This document shows, piece after piece, positions 53,901-64,000 of a stretch of 64,000 nt of DNA; within the stretch, counting starts at the first letter, position 1, and the number at the start of each line of letters is the position of its first letter. This DNA comes from Eledone cirrhosa (lineage: Eukaryota). The stretch is taken from NCBI GenBank assembly GCA_964016885.1, contig OZ024744.1, positions 32,116,001 through 32,180,000 of the forward strand, given 5' to 3'. The position numbers were made by a program, and so were the translations under genes. The notes beneath the pieces were generated by a model that was given only the letters and a program-made list of their open reading frames with translations, was not told where the DNA came from and did not search any database.

Positions 53901-56900
53901 AGCTGAATATCTTGAATTGTGGACAGCCTATGCTAGACCTATCTATTTCTCTACAAAATACTCTATCTAGATATGATCTGGATGACCCTATGCGATTTGT
54001 CCAAGTTCACATTGGCACATTCGGGAAATCCAATCGGTACATGTCAGACAGTTCAAAACGCCTGAGCATGTTGGTGAGGCTCTTGCACCCTCCACCCTCT
54101 ATCCGCTAATCCCACACAGTCCCAGCGTGCATCTAAGATCCCGTTCCTGTCGCCCACTAACACTAAAGAGCGGGACGTTCCAAGAAAGGTCTCCAGACGC
54201 CGGAAGAAAGCAGGCCGCCCTGCTCCTGTCGGGGCATAGACGGCCACTAGCCTGAAAGCTTGCCCTTCTCCGCTTGTCACGTCCAGCACCACCAACTTAC
54301 CCTCTGGCTCCAGAAAGATGGCTCGTATGTCGAGATCCAAACCTCTCCGAAAAAGCACAGCAACTCCTCCCCCCGATCCAGGACGGCTGGGAGATGCGTA
54401 CACATCCGCCGAAGATCGGTGCGAATGCCCGTGCTTCGGAGATTCTGGTCTTGCTGATGGCCACTACATCTATGTTTAGTGACCTGAGGTCGTTGAGCAG
54501 GTGACCCTGCTTCCATGACGACCCCAAGCCACGCGCATTTATGCTGCCTATTCTGAGTGAGGTCATGTTTAAAATAGAGTGGAAAAGATGGGAAAGACCA
54601 CTTACCGTACTTTTCGTAGAGGAAGGATGGTTTCTCCATCCCTTTTCACTTGATCGTCTGGTCGACGGCTCATCTATCAGTATGTCCGAATATACTCTCC
54701 GGTTGAGAGTCCCTCCTAGGTCTCTGAAATCACCAACTGCGTTGGGGAATTTCGTTTTAATGTTTGTGTATTGTTTCTGTGCTATTTTTAGCAGTCTTAT
54801 GTTCGTTGGCGTTTTGATTGGTGCTGGTATTATGTAGTCGTGCTGTGAAATGTCTGTGTGTTCAACATGTAAGTCTTTAGTTTCTAGTTGTGTGTATTTA
54901 TTGCCGTGCATTTGTTTTTCTGGGGGTGGGGTGTGGTTCTGTTATTTTCTTGTCGTTGTTGCTGGGTGTGTGTGTTTTGTTATTGTGTTTGCGATGTTGG
55001 TGCTTGTGGTGGTGGTGTTGAAGGTGTTGTTGTTGTTGGCGGTGGGGTTGTCGCCGGTGGTGATGGTGGTGCTAGTGTGGGTGGTGGTGGTGTTGGTGAT
55101 GTTGCTGCTGTGAGTCTCTTTGCAGTAGCCTTTACCCTTTTTTCATTTCTTTCCTCCATTTTCGAAGGCGACGATGCGCTGCTTCTGCGTTTGTGCCTTC
55201 TTACGACCTTTTGCAACCCCTCTCCCACCTCACACTCAATCTCTGATTCTGTGAGGTCGGAGAGGGGTACCAGCTCCACTCTTTCACTTGTTGTTGTTGG
55301 TGATGTTTGCACTGGAGTCTCTGTTGCAGCTGCATTTGGTATTACTGTTGTTGTTGTTAATACTTCCACTGCTGCTGCTGTTCTTGATTTCCGTGGCGTG
55401 GGTATAGGTGCCACGGACCTATCGTTCCTGGTTGCCGCTTGTCCTGTTGCTGATAGCAGTGGAGCCGGTTTCGGAAGGAGGAGTGTTTTCTCCTTTCTCA
55501 GGGTCTTCTTGTTGCAGAAGGCCCTGAGGTGAGTCTTCGATCCACAGCGAAAGCATTTCGGGCGTTTGCCCTCAACACTTATGGGCAATTGAGTGCCGTT
55601 ATCGCAGTCTATCACATCCGGGATAGCTTCGATGCAGTCCTGGTTGGTTTGGATTAACATCTCAATGGAGGTGCCGACCCAATCTTCTCTTACTTTTTTC
55701 TGTACTTGCAGTACAGTTGTTTTGTCCTCGATTCCGATGAGGACAGACGCAGCCAGCCAAGAAAGGGCCATCCCGGGGAGGGGGGGACGTGGGTCAGTTT
55801 GACCCTCACAATTTTTTGCCCGCAGTAGGAGGGCACCAACACCATTTCCTCGCTCCTTAGGGTCACTAAGGATTGAGCCTTTGCCTCCTGGGGTGTGGCA
55901 AAAAGCACGTCTACGGTGGCATATTTCTTGCCTCGGGTGATGTGCGTTTTCCGCTGCCACACAGACCCTAAGGCTTTTTGTATTTGAGCCTCTGTGGCTC
56001 TTTCAACCCTACGGGATTTTGTGCTTACTGTACGGTACGTGACCGTACAGTGCTGCTCGGTTTCGAAAAATATTTCGGCTGCCTTGCAGATTGCTCGGTG
56101 TCCGGTTTTCATCACCATCTTCTTCGCTTCCTCTAATTCCTCATTTGTTATGAGGATGGTTTCCAGGTTCTTTGCGATATCTGCAACGAAATTGGTTTTT
56201 CTTTGCTGCTGTTGTTGTTGTTGTTGGCGTCAGAGCTGCTGTTACTTTTGTTGTTGCTGCAGGTACTACGACTACTGCCGCCGCCGCTGTTGCTGTGGTT
56301 GTTGTTGTTGCTGCTGCTGCTGTTGTTGTTGCTGTTGCTGCTAATGCTGTTGTTGTTTATGCTGCTGCTGATGTTGTTGCGGCTGCTACTGTTGTTTTCC
56401 TTGTCACTGTTGCTGCTGTTGCTGTTATTACGGCTGCTACTGCTATTATTCATGACGTCTGATGAATGAAATTGGTTTTCGTATTTCCCGCACACCTTTT
56501 TCGTCGCTGTCGTCGTCATCGTGGAGAAATGTTGCACGCTTTCTACGTGATTTTTCTTTACTGGCGTCGCTTGCGAAAGAGAAGGGAGGGAGAGAGACAA
56601 TCTTCTCTCTGCTGTAGTGACGATTGAGGAAGAAGAAGCCGGAATGAGTGGGAGTGACCTATGAAAATTCTTTTTCGTAGCCATGTTTTTTTTTTTGTTT
56701 AAAATAAATATTAGGCACAAAACCCTAATAAGCGGTTATTTAACCCCGAAGGGCCAAATAACGGGCAGAAAGACACCTCTCACGAGGAGGAGGGTGTTTT
56801 TGTCTACACTTTGGTTAAAGTTTTAAACAATTTACAATTGTTATAGCGTTCAAAATTTACAATACCTTACAAAGCCGAGCCTCCGTCAACCATGGCATTC
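50937..56900 (-). mobile_element. Tx1-like element B3 (B1/B2-type ORF2 and 3' UTR, different ORF1 and 5' UTR; decayed)
   Basis: ORF2 fragments at 51179-54566, ORF1 fragments at about 54600-56684 with CFRCGSKTHLRAFC. (AAT)n on both sides. Confidence 0.92.
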
Positions 56901-56920
56901 AATAATAATAATAATAATAA

Positions 56921-59900
56921 AGATTTCTTTATTGGCCACAAGGGCTGACATCAAGAAAAACATCACAGACGGAACAGGACGGTACGATGTGGGTTTTGTG
57001 CGTGTAAATATTTTTTTATTATTTATATAAGAAAAAAAAAAAAAAGACATAAAACGTATATATATATATACAATAAAATGAAAATTGAAACAATGAAAAA
57101 TTCCCCAATAGGGGGGAAACCTCCGGCGGTTACTCGTGGCGAAAACCACACAAAAGACCACGGCCACCCTGACTACCAGGGCAAGCGCCCTCTCATTTTT
57201 TCCATCTCTCAAACTACAGACGTATATTCAGACGTATATTCATTCAGGCCATTTCGCTACATTCACCCACCTTTCAACAAACTTGCTAGAAAGGAGCACT
57301 TGCCTCTCCACCCTGATATTCCTCTTCAAGTGAAACTTGAAAAAGTTAATTAGGGATTTGCCGAAGAGGAAAGTGTTTGTCTTTAATCCTTTTAACCTTG
57401 TCTACCACACAATCTCTTTCGCCATGACCACCAGGCAGATGAAAACCGCCTGTCATTCCTCCTCGAAGGAAGACGGCGAGACCATCTGCACAATGGACTC
57501 AGTCGATAACCGGATCAGTCCCACACGCGACAGCAACTGTTCGACATAGCTCCACAAGTCAGCAATGCTCGGGCACTGAACGAGTGCGTGCACAACGGTT
57601 TCGTCGCTCTGCGCGCATCTCGGCTGACGGCACTTCCGTGCCTGTAGAGCTTATCTCGAACCGGCAGCGCTCCCCGGTAGCACTGCCAGGCCAGGGATTT
57701 TTGGAAGTTATCCATAGGCCCCGGGCTGAAAGTTCTTCGGAAGAGATCAAACAGCTGATCTTCTTCGACGCCCAGGATCTCTCCGAGAACGTCGTCGCTC
57801 TTTCCCTCCACTAGTCCTCTATAGAACGCCGAGGTGGATGTTCCACCGATACTGGTGCCCAACTGGGAGAGGGCAGTGAGCGCCTGGAGACATTCCAGTT
57901 TCCAAGCGCTATCCCTCGGTCTTTTTCTGACCCAGGACTGCAGCTCCGTCAAGGAGACGAGCTGTGGGAAAATGTGCCTGGCGAACGGCGACCACAACTG
58001 TTCACCGTCAAGGAAGCACCAGAGATGTCGCAGCCTCAGCGCATCTTTGCACATCAACAGCCATGCCATGCCCAGTCCTCCACGCAACGGGTGTTGACAG
58101 CAGATGGATCGTCTGACCATGGGAGCGCCTCCCTTCCACAAAAAGCTGAAGAGGAGGCGCTCCATTTTGGTGAGAGTTGGGCTGGAGCAAGGGACGACGG
58201 TGAGGCGGTAGCAGATGACGGATGCGATGTACGCATTCGCCACTTCCGCCCGGCCTTTCAAGGACAGCTTCCTCTCAGCCCATTTCTGGGTGAGAGAGGC
58301 CACCCTGCTCGTCACCTCGTTCCAGTTTTTCTCCATCTGGAGGTCCGGTCCGAACCAGACCCCGAGCAATTTAACCGGTCCGTCCGTCCAACGTCCCACG
58401 ACGCTGTCGGACGGCATGGACTTGCCTCTCCAGGTGCCTAGCTGCAAGCCCACCGACTTTTCATGGTTTATCTTTGCTCCTGTCACCGCTTCGTATTCCT
58501 TGAGAGCGGTGCCGAGCATCTGGACGTGTCTGGTGCTCGATACCACCACGGTGACGTCGTCAGCGTAAGCCGACTCGGATTTCCCGCATCCTAATTCGCG
58601 TGGGACGCCCCTCATCGCCCCCAGTTTGTGAAGTAACGGCTCGAGAGCCAATACGTACAAGAGGGACGAGAGGGGACAACCCTGGCGGACTGAGCGCATG
58701 ATGCTGAACGGCTGCGACAGGTGACCGTTCACCCTCACAACTGAGCAGATGTCGCTGTACATTGCTGCGATCCAACGCCTGAAAACAGGCCCGAAACCGG
58801 CTGCCTCGAGGACCGCCACCAGCTACCTATGGTCTACCCTATCGAATGCTTTGGATTGATCCAAGTTGATCAGGGCCCCACCCTTGCCAGGTTCCTTAAC
58901 CACCCTCTCTATGATGTATCGCATGAGGTGGAGGTTGTCGTGTATGGATCTGTCCGGAATGGCGCATGTCTGCGCCTCTCCCACAAGACTCTTGACGACA
59001 AGCGCCAACCTCGTTACTAACACCTTGGCCAAAATCTTGAACTCTGCGTTTAGCAGGGTTATGGGCCTGAAATTATCAATAACATCCCCCTTGTTCGGGT
59101 ATTTTCTCAGCAGTGCCACTGCTCCCCGGCTCACAAAACTGGGAATGCTCCCGTTCTGCTGCCAGTTGCAGTAGACGTCTGCCAAGAGGTCACCGAACAA
59201 GTCTGGCATAAATGCATAAACCTCGTAGGGCAGACCATCTAAACCTGGCGATTTACCTCTTGTGCAGTTAGCCATCGCTTCCCGTATTTCACCGGCTGTT
59301 ATTGGCTTTACGTAACACTGTGCTGCGGTCGTCGAGAGCCGAGGCAGTCCGTCGAGGCATGCACTGAAGTCCATGCCCCGATCCGGGCCGCCGCCGCTCC
59401 CGAACAGTTCAGCAAAGTGCTGCAGAAAAGCTTCACACATCCGCTCGGGTTCGAGCATCACGCACCCGTTTTGGTCAGGCAAAGACCGAATTGTGGCTTT
59501 GTTGCCACGTCGCGCCTCTGCCACCCGGGCCCATTGGACGGCTTTTGTCCCCTCGTGTTTCAGAGCACGCGCTCTAGCTCTGACAACGCAGCCTTCATGT
59601 TTTGCGTTGAAGAATTGGTCGAATGACAATCTCGCCGCAAACACGTCGGTTACGATGCCTGTCCTAAACGCCTCTTCTAGCTTTCTGACTAGCTCTCCCT
59701 CTACTCTATTTTCCTCTATCACTACTCCTTTGCTAAACCTAATCGACTCTACTTTAATTGCCCTTTTCAGGGCGAACCACCACCTGTTGTTGACGACCGC
59801 TCCCGTCAACGCCCGCTTAACTAATACGCTAATCCGGTCTCTGTAGGCCTTGCGCGCCGGGAAAGACGCGTTCAGCTTCCAGTAACCAGGCCCTTGTCTA

Positions 59901-62880
59901 TGAAGTCTGTCTATGTCGATCTCACAGATCACAAATTTGTGGTCTGTGTAGTCGACTATTTTAAATTGTGGACAACTTATACTAGCCTTATCTAGTTCCC
60001 TGCAGAATACCCTATCTAGAAACGATCTGGATGACCCGATACGGTTTGTCTATGTCCACATTGGCACATTCGGGTGATCCAGTCGATACCTGTCAGACAG
60101 TTCAAAACGTCTGAGCAGGTTGCTGAGGCTCTTGCACCCTTCTCCCCTATCCACTAGCTCCACACGATCCCAGCGTGCATCCAAGATACCGTTCCAGTCG
60201 CCCACTAACACTAAAGAGCGGGACGTTCCAAGAAAGGTCTCTAGACGTCTGAAGAAATCTGGCCGTCCTGCCTCTGTTGGGGCGTAGACGGCTACTAGCC
60301 TGAAAGCATTGCCTTCGCTGCCGGTCACGTCCAGCACCACCGACTTACCTTCTGGGTCCAGGAAGATGGCCCGTATCGCGAGATCCAAGCCTCTCCGAAA
60401 AAGGACGGCAACACCTCCCCCCGATCCTGGATGGCTGGGAGATGCGTATACATCGTAGCCGCCGAAGATCGCTGCGAAGGCCCGTGCCTCGGAGATTCTG
60501 GTTTCACTGATGGCCACCACATCTATGTTTAGTGACCTGAGGTTATTGAGCAGGTGACCCTGCTTCCAAGATGACCCCAGGCCACGTGCATTTATACTGC
60601 CTATTCTGAGTACAGCCATGTTGGATGAGAAACGGAGCAAATGAGAAAGGGTCACTTACCTTGTTCGTGTGGTGAAGGGACAGTAGAATCGTCCCTTTCG
60701 CTGGTCATGGGTGTTTCCAAGAGGATGTCAGTGTATATCCTCTTGGTAACCGTCCCTCTGAAGTCTCCAACTGCGTTGGGGAATTTTTGTTTTAAAGGTT
60801 TGTACTGTTCTATTGAGATTTCGATGATGCTTATGTTTGTCAGGAGAGTTCTTGGTGTTGGTGGGGTGTAGTAGTTTTTTTCCGTGATGTCTGTGTGCTG
60901 CTTTATATATTTTATGAGTTCTTTTTTTGCTATGTTTATGGCTGTATACTTTTTTGGGGGAGGGGTGATTTTGTTGTCGTTTTCTTCTTGTTGCTGTTTG
61001 GTGTGTGTGTCTTGTTGTGTTTGCGTTGTTGGTGTTTGTGGTGGTGTTGCTGCAAGTTTCCTTGTTGCCTTTACCCCTCTTTGTATGCCTTCGCTTTTGG
61101 AGGGTGAATCTAAGGGTTTTTTTCTTTTTTCTTTTTTGTGGCAGACTATTTGCCACGTCACTCCCGCCTCAAACTCCATGTCGGATTCTGTGGCGTCTGA
61201 GAGGGGTATGTGCTCCACGGCTGTTGGTGGTGGTACTGGAGCCCTCTTCGGCAATGTTGTTGCTGGTGTAGCTATTTCAAATGTAGCTATTGGTGTTGCC
61301 GCTACTGATGATGCTGCTTTAGTTATCCGTGGCCTTGGTACGGGTGCTACGGACGTTGCCCTCCTACTCACCGTGGAAGGGGCTTCTTCGTTTGTTGCCT
61401 GTTCTGCTCTTGATAGCAGCGGATCAGGTATTGGAAGGAGAGGGGCCCTCTTCGGTGTCTTCTGCGGGCAAAAGGCCCTGAGGTGACCTTTCGACCCACA
61501 GAGATAACATTTTGGCCGTCTTCCTTCTACACTTATAGGGAGTTGCAGTCCTTCCTCAAAGGCTATGATATCGGGGATAGCCTCGATACATTCCTGGTCA
61601 GTTTGTATAAGCATTTGCATGCCTATACCGGACCAGTTCTCTCTCCCTATTTTTTCTACTTGCAGCATGGTGGCCCTGTTCTCAATTCCAGCAAGAACAG
61701 ACGCGGCCAGCCAAGGTATGGGTACGTCGGGTGGGACCTGGGTCACTTTGACCCTCACAATTTTCTGCCCGCAGTAGGAGGGCACCAAGACTAACTCCTC
61801 ACTCTTTAGGGTTTCCAAAGAGTGAGACTTTGCTTCCTGGGAGGTGGCGAAAAGTACGTCTACTGTGGCGTACTTTCTGCCTCGGGTGATCTGGGTTTTG
61901 CGTGCCCAGACGCACCCCAAGGCCTTTTGGATTTGAGCCTCCGTGGCTCTCTCCACTCGATGTGAGATTTTGATTATGGTGCGGTAAGTCACCGTCCGTA
62001 GCTGCTGGTCCTTGAAAAAATCGGGTGGAGGTTTCAGGGAGACTCCATTGGCGCTTCTTGTCACCATGGCCCTTGCGACTGCCATCTCCTCCTCTGTGAC
62101 TAATCCTGTCTCGATATTTCGGGCGACACCTGCAAAAGAAGTGGTCCCTTTTTCAGCAACACCACTATTGCTGCCGCTACTGGTCTTACTGGTGGTGCTG
62201 AGATCGCTATTACAGGTATCGATGTCATTGTTGATGTTTTCGTTGGTACAGTTGTTGGTGTTGTTTTCGTTGATACTGTTGCTGTTTTTACTGTTATTGT
62301 GGCTGTTGTTATTATTGTTGTTTTTGTTGATACTGTTCATACTATTATTGTTGTTGTGGCTGTTGTTATTGTCATTGTTATTGTCGTTCTCGACCTTACC
62401 GCTGTTAGTTGTGTTATTGTCGTTTTCGACCTTACCGCTGTTATTTGTGTTATTGTCGTTCTCGACTTTACCGCTGTTATTTTTGGCGTTGTTGTTGGTG
62501 ATGTTGTTGGTGTTATTGTTGGTGTTGTTTGTGTTAGAAATATTTGGTAATTTTAAATCTGTAACAATCTTCTTTTCCTTTGTAATATTTTCGTTTATAT
62601 TTACCTCCGCTGGAACGCTGTCTTGTTGACATGCTGATAAAGTCTCCCTCTCTCTGTGTTGTCTGACAGCGCTCTCTTTCAAAAAAAATAGTTTTACACA
62701 AATACGAATACGACACCCCGTAAATGGGTGCCGTATTATTTACTAGTGAACCCCTGTATTAGGTGGGTCACTTCTTCTAAACTTTTATCAAATTTAAAAC
62801 TTGAATAAAAGGTTTAGAACGGTTGAAAAAGAGGTAAAACGTTGAAAAAGACTGGAGGCGATAAGAAGCGTGGCTTCACC
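56921..62880 (-). mobile_element. Tx1-like element B4 (distinct subfamily, full-length)
   Basis: ORF1 60652-62682. ORF2 starts at ATG 60619 and is broken by stops at 60050 and 58823 and a frameshift near 57610. (AAT)n on both sides. Confidence 0.93.
60652..62682 (-). CDS. B4 ORF1 (Asn-rich N-terminus, conserved central domain, CCHC knuckle CYLCGSKGHLRAFC)
   Basis: 676-codon open frame. The start is uncertain because the listed start codon is TTG. Confidence 0.8.
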   Translation of the reverse strand: MKESAVRQHRERETLSACQQDSVPAEVNINENITKEKKIVTDLKLPNISNTNNTNNNTNNITNNNAKNNSGKVENDNNTNNSGKVENDNNTTNSGKVENDNNNDNNNSHNNNNSMNSINKNNNNNNSHNNSKNSNSINENNTNNCTNENINNDIDTCNSDLSTTSKTSSGSNSGVAEKGTTSFAGVARNIETGLVTEEEMAVARAMVTRSANGVSLKPPPDFFKDQQLRTVTYRTIIKISHRVERATEAQIQKALGCVWARKTQITRGRKYATVDVLFATSQEAKSHSLETLKSEELVLVPSYCGQKIVRVKVTQVPPDVPIPWLAASVLAGIENRATMLQVEKIGRENWSGIGMQMLIQTDQECIEAIPDIIAFEEGLQLPISVEGRRPKCYLCGSKGHLRAFCPQKTPKRAPLLPIPDPLLSRAEQATNEEAPSTVSRRATSVAPVPRPRITKAASSVAATPIATFEIATPATTLPKRAPVPPPTAVEHIPLSDATESDMEFEAGVTWQIVCHKKEKRKKPLDSPSKSEGIQRGVKATRKLAATPPQTPTTQTQQDTHTKQQQEENDNKITPPPKKYTAINIAKKELIKYIKQHTDITEKNYYTPPTPRTLLTNISIIEISIEQYKPLKQKFPNAVGDFRGTVTKRIYTDILLETPMTSERDDSTVPSPHEQGK

Positions 62881-62907
62881 AACAATAATAATAATTATAA
62901 TAATAAT

Positions 62908-63621
62908 GCCGTGTATGTAAAAAAACAACCAGAGACCATTGATCATATAATTTCAATGTGCAGTCCTATAGCTCCAACCGAATACCTAAACAGGCATGAC
63001 AGAGCTGCACAATACATACATTGGATAATGTGTAAGCATTTTGACCTGCCCGATCAAAAGAATTGGTGGGAGCATCAACCACCTCCCATACTTGAAAAAA
63101 ATCACATCTCAATCTTGTGGAACTTTAGCATCCAAACAGACCGAAAAATAGATGCAATTAGACCTGATATAATACTGAAGGACTTTAAAAAGAGGGTATG
63201 CCTGCTAATTGATATGTCCGTTCCAATAGACAATAATGTATCTATAAAAACATTTGAAAAATTGAGTATAAAGTATAAAGACCAGGAGATAGAAATTGGA
63301 AAAATGTGGAAATTGAGAACTAAAACAATACCAGTGGTTGTAGGCGCTCTAGGAATGATACCTAAGGGGTCTAATGATTACTTATCGCAAATCCCAGGAA
63401 ACCCGCGTATAGGAGAAATACAAAAGATAGTACTAATGGGAACTGCCCATATACTAAGGAATATTCTGTCAATATAAGTACATCACAAGTGTAAGCACCT
63501 AAAGATGCATGTGTGTGTATGTATGTTCTTTGTTGAACATGGCGGACCTTGTTGTCTCTTGAGGTCACTGGTTGTGACTTGGTGATAACTCGTATGAACA
63601 TAAAGCAAGATAAATGCAACT

Positions 63622-63622
<1 letters not shown>
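62908..63622 (+). mobile_element. 5'-truncated R4/Dong-like RLE non-LTR element in (TAA)n
   Basis: ETIDHIISMC (part of the CCHC motif), YLNRHDRAAQYIHW, RPDIILKD...LLIDMSVP...KTFEKL, PVVVGALG. (AAT)n at 62881-62907 and 63623-63659. Confidence 0.88.
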
Positions 63623-63659
<37 letters not shown>

Positions 63660-63661
<2 letters not shown>

Positions 63662-64000
63662 TTTCTTTATTGACCACAAGGGCTGACATCAAGAAAAACA
63701 TTACAGACGACACAGGACGGGACGATGTGGGTTTTGTGCGTGTAAAGATTTGTATTATTTATATAAGAAAAGAAAAAAAAAAGACATATAAACATATATA
63801 TATATATATAAACAATAAAAATGAAAATTGAAACAAGGAAAAGTTCCACGATAGGGAAAAAAACCTCTGAGGGTTACTCGTGGCGAAAACCACACAAAAG
63901 ACCACGGCCACCCTGACCACCAGGGCAAGCGCCTCCTCAATTTTTCCATTTGTCAAACTACAAGCGTATATTCAGAGCGTATATGGTTCACTCGGACCAT
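63660..64000 (-). mobile_element. 3' end of a fifth Tx1-like element B5 (B4-type 3' UTR), running off the window
   Basis: GATTTCTTTATTGACCACAAGGGCTGACATCAAG... closely matches 56922 onward. Confidence 0.88.

Noticed and set aside
39738-62629. Many plus-strand ORFs antisense to the Tx1 ORFs
   Set aside because: They are expected shadows of GC-richer coding sequence and low-complexity linkers, and show no recognisable domains.

Overview
Repeat-saturated, AT/microsatellite-rich animal DNA with no intact host gene recognised. It is probably an octopus; that is an inference from the SINE family and the repeat landscape. Main contents: (1) One Tx1/L1-clade non-LTR retrotransposon inserted in a (GACA)/(CA) repeat (8.4-14.0 kb). 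(2) A head-to-tail array of at least five related Tx1-like elements (39.5-64 kb), all on the minus strand and each separated by a short (AAT)n tract. An R4/Dong-like RLE fragment sits in one of those tracts in the opposite orientation. (3) In all five Tx1 copies that show the ORF1/ORF2 junction, a perfect GGTAAGT splice-donor motif, then a pyrimidine tract, then AACATG precedes ORF2. (4) A near full-length RTE element with a twin-priming-type 5' inversion (2.57-5.85 kb). (5) About a dozen minimal type-I hammerhead-ribozyme motifs in short Penelope-like terminal-repeat fragments set in (TA)n. These include a 484-bp-period direct repeat carrying two intact hammerheads, and several fold-back palindromes whose apex falls in or next to the ribozyme. 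(6) tRNA-derived SINEs, one holding a Helitron coding fragment between 17-bp direct repeats, plus a 3-kb minisatellite. All calls come from reading the sequence and the ORF track by eye; no database searches were run, and boundaries are approximate to a few bp.
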